A DNA stretch of 64,000 bases from Eledone cirrhosa (taxonomy: Eukaryota): NCBI GenBank assembly GCA_964016885.1, contig OZ024740.1:50158001-50222000 (forward strand), read 5' to 3'. The notes under the pieces are model-generated. The model did not search any database. It was not told where the DNA came from and saw nothing but the letters and a program-made list of their open reading frames with translations. This document shows positions 14,710 through 34,614 of the stretch, one piece after another. Position numbers and translations under genes: made by a program. How positions within the stretch are numbered: position 1 is the first letter of the stretch; every line of letters begins with the position of its first letter.

Positions 14710-16045
14710 AACTCTATTTAATTTATTTGGTACTCCTTACGAAACAGATGTGGAGCAAGTGGCAGAAGAATATCAGTTGGAGTTAATTGACTTACAGTGC
14801 GACGAAGCTTTGAAATTGAAATTTCAGTTCGAATCCACTGCTGACTTCTACAAGAAATATATATAAATATATATACTTTATTTCATAAATATATCCTTCA
14901 TAGTTGCACAAACAACATTACAAATCGTTTGCAATTCCTTCAGAATGAAAATATAAACAGAGCGTATAAATAAATTTACAGTAGAATAACATAACAAATA
15001 TGTTTTAAATATATACATAAATAACATTACAAATGCCTCGGTAACACTACAAAGGATGATACACGAAAGATATATTCCTTCAATGCTACAATATTAAAGA
15101 AAATGTAAAGGAAGGGGTGAACAACAGAGCCAACACCAGAGCAAAAGACAGCAACGTTGCGGGCACTGGGCAACCTCTCTAAGGATTTTTGAGGCAAGTC
15201 AGCACACTCGCAGCGTGGCCTCTGGTGATGGCGAGGTTGATGTGCTGAAACAGCCAAGCACCCTCGCGTGATTTGCCAGTCACCTCTATTAGGCGAGCCG
15301 CCAGTGAGGAAAGGAACCTCCCAGCCAGCGGCCCGACTCCCCCAAACGTCTCGAAAGCCACAGGCTGAAAAATGTAGCTGGCCGACAGATCAGAGTATTT
15401 GAGGGTCTTACTCCGCTCGGCTGCAGAAGCTGTGGCTCTCGTCCTAATCGTAGCATCCAGGATGTGGGAAAGAGCAAAAGATATATATTGCCAAGCGGAA
15501 AATATAAAAACATCTTGACTAATGCGAAACTGATGATATCATTATTTGGAAGTACATATGCTTGTGAACAACTTTTTTCCAAAATGAAATATACTAAAAG
15601 TCATTTAAGAACAAGGTTGCGTGACGACCACCTGGATGATGTTTTGCTCCTGTCATCGACAAATATTTCACCTGATGTGGAGAAGTTATCGCATAATAAG
15701 CAGAAACAAGTGTCTCGTTAAATCATTTACCATTTCTAACTGTATTTCGTTTGTAGCAAGGAATTTGCTTTTTTTTTGTTGATTGTGATAGTAGTTGTTT
15801 TTCTGTTATTCCTGCAGTAAAATAAGGAATTTGCTTTTTTTTTGTTGAATGTGTTTGTAGATTTTTTTATTTTTGTTGTTATTCCTGCAGTAAAATAAGG
15901 GACCTTGTTAAAATAAAATTATATTAAATTCCTTGATTTGCTTTAAACCTCCAGAAAATTTATTTACATATTTAATAACATGGCCCTCCTCCATGACACT
16001 CTATAGCTGCTTGGTCCTCTCTCTCCAAAAGGTTGCCGACCCCTG
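14710..16045 (+). pseudogene. hAT (SPIN/Charlie, GTF2IRD2-like) transposase C-terminal relic with right TIR
   Basis: LFNLFGTPYETDVE..YQLELIDLQCD..DFYKK (about 14710-14857) continues as YILPSGKY..FGSTYACEQLFSKMK..RTRLRDDHL (about 15480-15721). The end GGTTGCCGACCCCTG is the reverse complement of a CAGGGGTCGGCAA-type TIR. Confidence 0.85.
14860..15480 (-). mobile_element. 5'-truncated CRE-like non-LTR element (RLE domain end) inserted in the hAT relic
   Basis: YIFQPVAFETFGGVGPLAGRFLSSLAARL..TG..WLFQHINLAITRGHAASVL resembles the C-terminus of animal CRE-type RLE proteins. ATATATAT runs lie at both junctions. Confidence 0.7.
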
Positions 16046-16864
16046 AAATAGATAGTTCATTTTAACCAATAGCTTAACGTATTCAGATCACATGATATAG
16101 CAAGTGTTGAGATTCTCTTCTGCAGTGTCGCCCCCGAAGAAGAAGAAGAAGAAGGAGGAGGAGAAGAAGAAGAAAAAGAAGGAGGGGGAAGAAGAAGAAG
16201 AAGAAGAAGAAGACGAAAAAGAAGGACTAGGAGGGGGGGGAGGAGAAGAAGAAGAAGACGAAAAAGAAGGACTAGGAGGGGGGGAGAAGAAGAAGAAGAA
16301 GAAGAAGTTGCTGTAGATGTTGTCATCACAGTAACCAGAACAGTCACGACAGTACATGCGAGTTTTCGCGAATATTTCTTTTGATTAAACTGACTTTAAC
16401 GTGAATTTAACGTGATTTAAACTGATTTTAACGTGAATAAAAGAACTTCGAACTTCAAACAAACAGCTTCAAAGACGTCTGATTTAGCATGTCGTGTGAT
16501 ATTTAGCAACGCTGTGCTTCATCACTAGGACATTCGGTACGCCAGTGTAATGTAATTTTCTCAGTCATTAAGAAATGTCTTAGAATTGAGATGTTGTTTC
16601 TCTGCATTCGAAGCATCAGTTCTCTAAAATCTGCGAACATGGCGAAGCATGTGTGTCTTCAAGACACATGATCAAGTGAGGGAGACACATGATCAAGAAT
16701 TTTCGGACCTCATTTGCATACTCAACCTCATTTGCATACTCATCTTAATAATTTGAAATATTGGACTTTTCTTCTCTTTCCCTTCTTTCCTTTACTATGC
16801 AGGAAAAACTTGAACCGTTAAGTTCTTCTTCCTGGTTATGTCAATATTTATAAAACAAACTTTG

Positions 16865-16916
16865 TATTTTATCTGATGAGAGCATACCAAAGTTTTGAAA
16901 TATATATAATAGAATA
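16865..16916 (+). ncRNA. Minimal type I hammerhead ribozyme, family A (shortened stem II)
   Basis: TATTTTAT-CTGATGA-..-GAAA-TATATA-TA-ATAGAATA. Confidence 0.65.
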
Positions 16917-16956
16917 AATATGGTTTTATAAATATAGTTTCCATTTATTTAATATC

Positions 16957-17033
<77 letters not shown>

Positions 17034-17171
17034 GTTTACATATACATATTTACATATACAAGAGCCTTTATTCTAATAGCTTGGTCTAATTGATTTTTTA
17101 TATGGTTAATTATGCTGATTGGAAAAGGAAATGGTATATATTTTATCTAATAATTCTAAAGACATGATTTA

Positions 17172-17232
<61 letters not shown>

Positions 17233-17238
<6 letters not shown>

Positions 17239-17508
17239 AAAGTATGTCTTAGCCAGAAAGATCATTTGGTCGGTGCTTATCCTGGTTCCATGGCGTGAAG
17301 CAACTGAGAGTACAAGACTCCCCCTGGACAGGATGCTAGTCCATCGCAGGGTTAAACCCCCAGCCATTGCGGGTACTCATTTTCAGCTGAGTATACTGGA
17401 GCAACGTAAAATGAAGTGCTTTGCTCAAGAAAACAACACGCAACCCAGGAATCGAACCCATGACATTATTATCGTAAGACCAACACCCTTACCACTAGGG
17501 CACGTGCT

Positions 17509-17510
<2 letters not shown>
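17233..17510 (-). mobile_element. tRNA-derived SINE with V-domain-like middle
   Basis: CTAGTGGTAAGGGTGTTGG..GGGTTCGATTCC head followed by CCCTGCGATGGACTAGCATCCTGTCCAGGGG. Confidence 0.75.
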
Positions 17511-17563
<53 letters not shown>

Positions 17564-17571
17564 GAGAGAGA

Positions 17572-18046
<475 letters not shown>

Positions 18047-18111
18047 AAAGTGATATATATATATATATCAAAATGAAAATCCGAAGGCAAGGTAAAATTC
18101 CAATCATTTAA

Positions 18112-18185
18112 TCGCGACACGTGTTTCCATAAGAGATAGATCGATTGTGAAGCCACGATCAATTATCACTGATCTCATCAGGTGA
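18112..18185 (-). ncRNA. Hammerhead ribozyme, family C (3' pLTR)
   Basis: TCAC-CTGATGA-long stem II-GAAA-CACGTG-TC-GCGA. Confidence 0.75.
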
Positions 18186-19537
18186 AAATGAATCGTCTTC
18201 AAATTTCTTGATATGAGGGAGAAAAAACGATGTTACCTCACATAATTCATTCCCTCGTATGGAGACACACCAGTCAGTCAGAGACGAGGTGACTGCTATT
18301 AGCTTAAAATTGAGGTCACAAAAGTTTACAGACTTCCATCGCTGCAAAAGACGCTGGACATCGAAACAAATCCGTAGAGATGCAGTCAGTCACAGTTAGA
18401 AGTAAATGGATACACACACACTCCACACCCGCATACATCGGCTCTCGGTCAAAGAAAAATAAAAATAAACATAAAAATAAATACATATACACACAACAAC
18501 ACAGTATTAAACCCGCAGAATTAGCGTGGGTGGGCACACATACACCCCAACACACACCGAAGCGACATTCGAGAAAAAGCATATATAAGAATGTACCAAC
18601 ACAGCAATCACCGAAAAGTTAGTTCGTAAAGCAACAGAAATTATGTCGGTCAAATCTCAATTTGACGATGTAAATCGGAAATGTTAAGTTAACCAACGCT
18701 ACACACATATATACACACTCACACACGCGCGTAAGTTCAGTTCAGTGTTCTGCTGTACGTGTAAAGATCCAATTGTAACATCAATATCTTCAAGTGTGTG
18801 TTATGGCAAAAGGTATATACACATCCGAATCGTCCAAAAAAAAAGGGGGGGGGGGGGGTCCGGGTATATACACATCCATGTGAAGAGCAAGCAATCAGCT
18901 CATGTCGAACTCCTTGTGTACCGCTGTCCAGTTGAGAATCAAAATAACCAAACCTGTGTGTGCAAGCAACTGCCGTGTGGGCCGGCAAAGGGCTCTATGT
19001 AGGGTTGGGTATAGGGTAAATGAGTCCGCAAGTGCGATCTCCCGCCACATGGGCCAATGAGCTTTTAAGATAGTTGTTTGAGTGGTGGAGGTGTGTTATT
19101 CAGCATAGAAGGTGAAGTAAGAAAATACAGGACAGTGAATGTGTGTAGGCCCATTAATGGTGTGTCAGTATCATTGTTCGATCCGTAACAATGAGTCCTC
19201 CATGGTTAGATGATCACGCATCAAAACCTGGTGTAGAGTTCAGTCGGTAGGAACGTGACATTCGTAAATGTTGGAGCTCAATGTCTAAAGGAAGCGGGTA
19301 GTGTGGAGCTATGTATAGGGAGCGTAATCGGTCCTAACTAAGTGTGTAATCAATCTAACTATTTACTAGCTAGGTATTCTAAAAGAGAACACTCAGCTAT
19401 GAGAACTCCGTGGAAACATGCCGAGTATCTTTGCAAGTGCGCAAACAATCTTAGCCGTCTAACTACCTAAGCGTGTGACTGTCCGTTTATTGAGAGGACT
19501 CTAGGGCTAAAGTAGAGAGGGAGGAGTTATTGGTAGG

Positions 19538-22273
19538 TTACCTTCCAAAAATCCTGCGGAAGGTTTTAGAGGTTCTATGTTGACAGTTGCTGAAAAAATC
19601 CGCTCTTCTATTAATTAACAAGGGGCCGCCTCTAATAATATTGAAAGTTTCAGCTATACATAAATTGCAGACGCCAGTGCTGCCGTTATAAGATTGGGCT
19701 GAACAAACTATGGACCAGGATAAGGAGTGCTCTATATTCTGAAGTTTAAGCTTCCAGACTAATTCCGAAAGTGCCGTGCTATTTTTCTTATCTAATCTAT
19801 TAAAGGTTATACCATCTATCCTTAAATTCAGTGGCAGTTGCCCCAGCATACCTAAAAGTTCTATCAGGAGTGGAGACCTTACAGTCGTAGACTATGTTTT
19901 TGGTAAGACATTTCCCAGCCAAGGGGCAGGTGGCGGTACTTCTGCAGTTGCATTTTCTGCTATCGATCTGGGTGGTTCGGGAAGGACCACGGTACCTTTG
20001 GGGTCGGGTCTCAGTTCCAGTCTGCTCTATGGGTAAATTCCCCGTGGTAGGGGCGACCCGACTCGCCTCACGTGTATGAGTCAGTTCCTCAATAGAGCTG
20101 CCATTGTTCCTGCCATGCCTAAATCCCTCATTGGCTGTCTTAAGTCTACTAAAATTCATCTTAGCTATATTCTGAGCTATGTTACTAGTTGTGGAGTAGG
20201 ACAACTTGATAGTATTTCTATTGAATATTTTATAATATCTGTGCCATCTGGGGAAACAATTGTCTAAGGCCCTAAAGAAAAGCTTAGCTATACTAGTGGT
20301 CGGGCCAGTGGAGTAAGGGGGATTAAACCACAGGACTTTTCTGGTCCGATGCCTCCTGTTCCTCCACTCACCTTAGTAGTATCCAGTATATTGTAACTGG
20401 AAATTACCTGTGGGTCGGTGGTGTCCAGGGGTGTCACGATTGTGTTCGGAATCGTCCCAAGTCTCCAGGGCGGTGTAACCCCCGTGCGGCTATTGGGGTT
20501 ACCCTCGATAGCTAGGGTTGTATCAGCTATGCGTCTGCTACACCTGTCCCAATTCCCCCTACTCGACCCTCGTTCCATAGTGCGTTCAATGGTAGTGTAG
20601 TTCTATCGGTTCCACAATTAAGGTTACTACTAGAGTTTCCGCTGGCGTTACATTGCTCAGACCCAGTGTTAGTACCTGGGTGGCTGTTTCTATTAGTACC
20701 AACAGCATTGGAACTAGGCGGCAGTACAGCATGAAGACTAAGTGAAACCTCCCTCGTATCCCGCCTGCTGTTAACTAGAGTGTCACCATAACAGCCTAAG
20801 CTATCGCGAACAAAGTTACTACTATTTAATGGACGTTTGAATGAGATTCCCTCGCTATGTCCTGCGCGTTCCAGGGCGCTATTATAGTAATTCGAGATCT
20901 TATTAAGGGTATCTACATTGGAAGAAAGTCCTGAAATTCTACCAGAGACGCTTTTGGTAATACCGTTAGTGACTATTCTAGGGTGGTTCGATTTTGCGTT
21001 GACATAGTTTAGATTCTCGTTAGGTTTGTGGTAAGGTTGGAAGAGTCCTGAATTGAGGTTATGTGTAACATCTAGAAAATTAACTATTTTTAAATTCTCT
21101 TCAAATACTATACTTAGGTCTATGCTCTTGAAGAATTTTCTAAGTTTTTTCCTCACCCTCTCTACCATACTATTACTATGGAACGACACAGTAAACAAGA
21201 CGTCGTCGCGGTAAGCGCCGCCTACCAAGTGAGGCATCTCAGCTCCGAGACAGTCAAGGAGGTAAAGGCCCACCAGATCAATCACCTGGGCCGAGTCCGA
21301 GGATCCCATGGTGATGTCGAAATTATCCGGCCAATCCCTCCTAGTCCACAGGTCACCGTTGAACTCAATTAAGGTTTTTCTTGCTAGGAGGATAATGCTA
21401 ATTTCCTCGGATGTAAGGTCGGTGTGTAAGCTAGCAAAGTTAAGGGCCCTACCTAGGAGAGTTGGAGAGATTGAAGAGTAGTAATTAGAGATATCGAACT
21501 GTATAAACTTAGTGCTATTCTTATTCTGCGATTTCTCAAACCAGTTAATTACCTCACTAGTTCCTGACCACAACTTGAGCTTCGATCTCCTAACTAGGGT
21601 GGGGATTATCTTATCAAGGATGTTTTTACTTACGATTCCTATGTCCGACTTCGAAGGGGCTATCAGCCTGACATCTTAATGATTCAAAGTTCAATTTGTG
21701 GTCCTTCAGCAAAATCCTCGGGGTTCTAGGATGGAAGGGTTCGGTTTTATCCTCAATACCCAGTTTAATCATGACGCCATTGGCCTCCGTGTTAATTAAA
21801 TCCAGGTTGGCCCGCGTAGTTTTTCTGTAGCTTTTCCTAAGTTCTCTGGTTATCAAATCATCATAAGTTACTCTATCCATATCGTACAGGTTGCTAGTCT
21901 TGTCTGCGTGCACCAAAATTCCGGTCGAGTTCCTCAATTTTACTAGATCACCATTCAGTCGTCTCAGGTAACTATTTCTCCTGAGTGGGTTTTTCCTAAA
22001 CTTAAGGTTGGACACTATGTTAGACATTTCAGTCTCGAATTCCTCCAAGTGTCTATTGTGTGGTGGATTCCTTCTGGACTTGAATATTCCCTCGACGCCG
22101 TGCGTTCCCTCCCTGGGGTGGTCTGCTGGTGTTCCTCTGTCGAAGTGGAAAGCCTTCCAACGCATTCTACGGATAAAAGAATCCGATTTACCTATGGCCA
22201 ACCTAGTGAATTCTTTTATGTCGGGCAAAGGGATGTCCTTAAGTGAAGAGTTCACCGAGAATTTCTCCATCAT
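19538..22273 (-). pseudogene. PLE polyprotein (RT + GIY-YIG endonuclease), frameshifted
   Basis: ORF pieces 21626-22273 (RMRWKA, ADKTSNLY), 20527-21573 (QFDI..YYSSI, MGS, YRDD, VNFLDV, SNHP), 19800-20204 (CNC-x5-CPL..C, IVY..YAG) and 19538-19849 (TALSELVW, CNLC). Confidence 0.93.
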
Positions 22274-22494
22274 ATTCCTTGCTTAACAGCATTAAGTGCT
22301 CAACAAAAGTAGGAGATTTAAGTTGTTATATAGTAAGGTGCAATATTGGTTGTGTAAAAAGGTCCAATAACTTTATGTTAGCAATATTAAGTTCTCCACG
22401 CTTTTGTATATCTCCAATTCCATTCGATGATGTAAAACGGAGTATAAGTATCAAAATGAAAATCCGAAGGCAAGGTAAAATTCCAATCATTTAA

Positions 22495-22568
22495 TCACGA
22501 CACATGTTTCAATAAGAGATAGATCGATTGTGAAGCCACGATCAATTATCACTGATCTCATCAGGTGA
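22495..22568 (-). ncRNA. Hammerhead ribozyme, family C (5' pLTR)
   Basis: TCAC-CTGATGA-stem II-GAAA-CATGTG-TC-GTGA, with a perfect 4-bp stem I. Confidence 0.8.
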
Positions 22569-22668
22569 AAATGAATTGTCTTCAAATTTCTTGATATGAG
22601 GGAGAAAAAACGATGTTACCTCACATAATTCATTCCCTCATATGGAGACACACCAGTCAGTCAGAGAT

Positions 22669-22762
<94 letters not shown>

Positions 22763-23090
22763 TAGAGCAAAAATCACGAGCACTCTATCTCAAAATTATT
22801 TTTGAAAAGCATAAGAAATGCGCAACCAGTAAAAACTTAAAACTAAAACTGAATACTAACTAATACTTATTACTAATTTATACTTATTCCTAATTAAACT
22901 ATGTTTCACTGGGAAAAATTTGTCAGCATTTTCTTTTCCTTTTTACTAATATATCACAACTCATGTGTCACACCTCTATTTTGTTTAAAGATATATATAT
23001 ATATATAATCATCAAGAATATATATATATGTATATATATATATATACAATGATATTAAATAAATGGAAACTATATTTATAAAACCATATT

Positions 23091-23154
23091 TATTTTATTA
23101 TATATATTTCAAGGGTACCAAGACAACATTGGTACGCTTTCATCAGATAAAATA
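23091..23154 (-). ncRNA. Minimal hammerhead ribozyme, family A
   Basis: Minus strand: TATTTTAT-CTGATGA-AAGCGTACCAA..TTGGTACCCTT-GAAA-TATATA-TA-ATAAAATA. Confidence 0.85.
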
Positions 23155-23204
23155 CAAAGTTTGTTTTATAAATAGAGACGTACCTATTTATAAAACAAAC
23201 TTTG

Positions 23205-23268
23205 TATTTTATCTGATGAAAGTGTACCAATGTTGTCTTGGTACCTTTGAAATATATATAATAAAATA
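23205..23268 (+). ncRNA. Minimal hammerhead ribozyme, family A
   Basis: 8-bp stem I, CTGATGA, stem II GTACCAA/TTGGTAC, GAAA, palindromic stem III ATATATAT, AUA site. Confidence 0.85.
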
Positions 23269-23402
23269 AATATGGTTTTATAAATATAGTTTCCATTTAT
23301 TTAATATCATTGAATATTTACTCCTGTAACTTGTTGAGTGCTCTAAATCAGTTATAAACATTTATATTTGTCGGACTTCCAACAAATTAAATACCCCTTC
23401 TA

Positions 23403-23436
<34 letters not shown>

Positions 23437-23589
23437 GTATAATCATCAAGAATATATATAAAATAAACGGAAAAAATGAAACGAAATTTCATTTCCCACT
23501 CTTAGTACGGCTGTTACTTAAATATAAGTATGTACACGTACATACATATATGTATACAGACGTACAGTAGTATGTATATGTATATACAT

Positions 23590-26706
<3,117 letters not shown>

Positions 26707-26870
26707 TCTCTCCATACCCCAACGGCTTATTTTAAATCTACTGTGATTTAAAAATACCCGACACTAATTTTCATAACAGTATAAATAAATTTATAACCCA
26801 CTATCCGGGAGCTTCCAACAGCATTCGTTAAGGGTATGTCAATATTTATTTATAAAACTGATCTATATTA

Positions 26871-26935
26871 TATTTTATCTGATGAAAGCACACCATAATT
26901 TAACTTGGTGTCCTTGAAATATGTATAATGAAATA
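26871..26935 (+). ncRNA. Minimal hammerhead ribozyme, family A
   Basis: TATTTTAT-CTGATGA-..CACCA..TGGTG..-GAAA-TATGTA-TA-ATGAAATA. Confidence 0.75.
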
Positions 26936-26976
26936 AATATGGTTTTATAAATATAGTTTCCATTTGTTAATATATC

Positions 26977-28650
<1,674 letters not shown>

Positions 28651-28729
28651 ATATATATATATATATATGTATATGTATGTATGCATGTATACATACATAC
28701 ATACATACATACATACATACATACATACA

Positions 28730-28760
<31 letters not shown>

Positions 28761-28763
<3 letters not shown>

Positions 28764-31700
28764 ATGGCGACCGTTGTGGTCAGTGTCCGATAATCGGACG
28801 TGTGTAATTACGGCTTACATGAAGGCAACATACCATATATTGGAAAAAGTTGAGCTACATTACGCGGTAAGATTACATACAATAATTCTACATAAGTGTT
28901 TGAACTGTAAGTGTGTTGTAAAACACCTATTTATATGAACGATACATACACTTATGATATATGAACGATACATAAAGAAATATACAAGTAAGTTTTCGAT
29001 TCAGAAACAAAAACATAAGTGTTTGAACTGTGAATATGTTGTGAATAAGTTGTAGAACACCTATTTATATGAATGATACATAAACTTTAACATATAAATA
29101 CAGCATTGTTATATTATATATTATATTACATTCATAAAGAAATATACTAAGTAACGGTTCTTTTTGTTCTCGATTCAAACGATTTAAGAACAACGTTTAA
29201 AACACAGTTGTAGAATTAAAAACTAACTGAAAAGAAATATTACCCAAGCTGTGAATAACTTTAAATTTGATTCTGACAGAACTTTGTCGAAACTTTTAAA
29301 GAAGATCATCGACTATTTTGAAAAATAAATACGAAATATTAGTGAATAGACGAACTCATCATGGCAAAAAGTACAAGTCTCCTTCGACCAAATCGCAACT
29401 ACAACCGTTGTATACAGTGGAGCTACGAGCTTAACAAAGTATTATATGAAGCATACAAACAATCTGAACCCCAAAAGTTCGGTTTTATGCAAAGGCTAAA
29501 AACTTTATGGAACTCCAAACACCCAGAATTAGACTTTTCTCCAAAGCATTTAAACGAACAGGCAAAACGTATCATTAGATGTAACTTGATACATCTAACG
29601 GAATTGAGTGATATTACAAATACAGCCCTTGTAGACAACCACCCCACCTCCACTGACAGACAAAGAGAATGGCCAGCTAAATCTAACAGTGAACAGCTCA
29701 CCAACAATTTTGCTGAAATCCATCCCACTTCCACTGAAGAACAGCGAGAAAGGTCAGCTAACTCTAGTAGTAATTGTCACCACATCAACAACGAGGCTGA
29801 AATTCATGACTCTACTGAACAAACAGAACACCAAAAACTTGTGGACACCCTACAAATGATATGGAACGATATGTTTCAAGAGATACACAGCCTTAATGTG
29901 AGTGACAGACCATACAACACCAGAATCAGTAAAGAACCCACTAAATTGGAATTGGAAGCGGTGAACGAAATAGCTGGCAATTATCTGAAGGCTATACGAT
30001 CTAAAGGTGTAGAAACGACATTTGAAACGCTTAATATTTTTGTTATATGTTTCAGCTGTCACATTGCTATCATATAACACACATCTAAAACCACGCAATC
30101 AAGATACAAACAGAAAGCCTGAACCAGCGTGGATGCGAAATTTAAAAAGCAAAATTTTGTCCCTGAGACGAAGTATCTCACACATCGCAGTCGTTATGAA
30201 ATGCAACATAGAGAGCAACTTCACACGACACCAGGAAGACCTAAAAAAAAAGTTAGAGAGACGATTTAGAGATACAAAATTTAAAACTTTGAACTCCAAA
30301 TTACACCAGTTGAAACAACAACTCACAGCTACAACAGAAAGACTAAAATATAAGTCAACAGCACATAAACGACAAGTGCTAAATAGATTGTTTGCCAGAG
30401 ATCCTAAGTCAGTTTATCGCAGCTTCGGTGGCAAAAGCTCAATCCCTGTAAATGACACCCCTTCAAAAGAACAGGTTGAGAGCTACTGGAGATCTGTATG
30501 GGAAACGGATGACGGATTCAACAGACAAACTAATTGGCTAAAAGAACTGGAACAGGACTACTGCCAACATGTCCAGACAAAACAATATGACATAGATGGG
30601 TCAATACTGGAAACAGCTCACTGAAAATGTCGAATAGGTAAATCGCCAGGCACAGACCTCATTACAGGATACTGGTTGAAGAATTTCACTTTCTATCGGC
30701 AAGATCTCATACGGCTGTTTACAGAAACCATTAAAGGCACACAAGAACTGCCCAGATGGTTATCAACTGCCACTACTCTCCTCATTCCCAAAAATAGCCA
30801 AACCACCCTTGCTAAAAATTACCGCCCAATAGCCTGCCAAAACATCATGTATAAATTATATACTGGGTGCCTTAACCTGTTCTTACAGGATCACTGTGCT
30901 ACCAACAACATCATAACACCTGAGCAAGCTGGTGGAAAGAGGGAGGTGTGGGGTTGCATAGATCACCTACTAACTAACAAAATGATTCAGGAAAAAACAA
31001 CAAAGAATCGCAGAAACATGACTGTGGTGTGGCTGGACTATCAAAAAGCATTTGATAGTGTACCTCATGGGTGGATTATTAAGGCTTTACAGTTAGCTAA
31101 AGTCCGACAACCATTGGTAGCTGCTGTTGAACGCCTGACCAAGAACTGGTACACCAATTTGATCCTTAGAGGTGAGAAGGAGCAAGTTAAGACTGATAAG
31201 ATACATTACCAGAAGGGCATATTTCAGGGTGATAGCTTGTCAGTGCTACTCTTCGTTCTCTCACTGAATCCACTATCTTACCTACTCAGGAAACAAGGTG
31301 GACAATGAAGTGGGGCCAGAAGTATCTCCCATCTTTTCTTTGTTGATGACCTGAAGTTGTATGGGCCAAATATCAATGACATCAAGAAACAATTGGACCT
31401 CATTACACAATTTTCAACCGACATCAAAATGAAATTTGGTGAGTCCAAGTGTGCATATTTGGCAGTAAAACGTGGAAGAGCTGTGCCCTCCTCTAGAAAT
31501 CTAGAGATGAACGGCCTGACAATACAACCTCTACAGTCAGGTGACAACTACAGATATCTTGGACAGGATGAGAATGTCAGATATGATGGACCCATAAATA
31601 AGGAGAGAACCAGAACTGAATACCTCAGAAGAGTAAAGAAAATATGGTCATCAGAACTGTCAGCGTACAACAAATACATTGCCCACAATACTTATGCTGT

Positions 31701-32917
31701 GCCAATTCTAACACCAACATTTGGCCTGCTGAACTAAGTGAGATGGATGTTAGAACTCGAAAACTTCTCAGTGTTACTGGGATCTTTAACATCAATGGTG
31801 ATGTGGATAGGCTATACTTCTCACGCAAGGAAGGTGGCCGGGGTCTAAAATCAATATTAACAACATATGAGACCCGGATAGTAACACTGAAGCTACACCT
31901 TCAAGAGAGGAAAGAGGTTGGCAACCATCTTGCCCAGGTTTATGAGCATGAAAAAAAAAATATCATTAGAATAGCGACTGATCTGGAGGAGAGATATGAA
32001 ATAAAGCCTGATATAAATCTCTCACCCAGAGAAATCGGAAGATCCTATTCAAAAATTGACCAATTTACAGAAAATGTTGTGCATGGATACTTGAGGCGTA
32101 AAACACAGACCATAGAGGGGATAAACCACTCAAAAAGCCTGGCATGGAGTTCCGACAAGTTTATGACATCACACCTTGAGGGATATCTCTATGCAATACA
32201 GGAACAAGAACTCCCTACCAAATATCTGCTGCACAAAATAGGAGGGCCAGCAGCTGACAATAAATGTAGGCTATGTAAAACAAAGATCGAGGATGTAAGC
32301 CACATTGTTGCCAGCTGCGAAAGAATGTCATCTCGCTACTACCTCCCCATGAGACACGATGGGATAGCTAGAACCATCTGGAACGTACTTCGGGAAACAA
32401 AATTAACAACAAACAATGAAGAATATATTGAGACAGATGGCACTAAGGAATACTGGTGGAACCTGAAAATAAAAACTGCCACCAAATTAAAGCACAACCG
32501 GCCTGATATTGTTGTTTGGGACCACACATTGAAAACGTGTTCTGTTGTGGAGATCAGCTGCCCACTTGATGTAAACGTTGTCAGAAAAATACAGGAGAAG
32601 GAGGACATCTACGGACCATTGATGAGGAGTTTACAAATCCAGTATCCAAGATACACCTTTAGCTTCATACCCATCATTATTGGAGCTACGGGTTATATAC
32701 CAACCCGCTTGGACCAAAGTATGACTGAACTTGGATTTGCGAACAAAAAGCGCAGCTCCCTAATTCATAGTCTACAAATGGCTGCGATAGCTGGCACCTT
32801 CAAAATCTGCAAAACATTCTTGCGATTCAAGGGATGACAATTTCTTTTCTTTTACAACCTTGCCACCAGGAAGGTGGCCGGTCAAAAAAAATATACTCGA
32901 AATTAAGAGAAAGAGAT

Positions 32918-32920
<3 letters not shown>
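28761..32920 (+). mobile_element. Near full-length R4/Dong-like RLE non-LTR retrotransposon (degenerate) in (CATA)n
   Basis: N-terminal Myb-like W..E.N..L motif (29361), RT (NYRPIAC, WLDYQKAFDSVPH, GIFQGDSLS, FVDDLKLY), CCHC (CRLC..HIVASC), RHD and RLE (RPDIVVWD..VEISCP..KEDIY). Several stops and frameshifts. Confidence 0.88.
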
Positions 32921-33010
<90 letters not shown>

Positions 33011-33099
33011 TGCCACCATTTCCCGTGGTGGTGGGTTTGACAAACAGATGAAGAAATAAGATAAAGTAAAATGGAGAAATAAAAGATATATATATATAT

Positions 33100-34614
<1,515 letters not shown>

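Larger units (their letters stand above)
18066..22667 (-). mobile_element. Near full-length Penelope-like element with direct 219-bp pLTRs
   Basis: Direct repeats at 18066-18284 and 22449-22667, each containing an HHR, enclose a frameshifted RT-GIY-YIG ORF. Flanks are (TA)n and (GATA)n. Confidence 0.93.
23047..23312. repeat. 266-bp near-perfect palindrome of pLTR family A
   Basis: Arms mirror about 23179. A ~23-bp direct repeat TATAATCATCAAGAATATATATA flanks the insertion at ~23003 and ~23438 (probable TSD). Confidence 0.95.
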
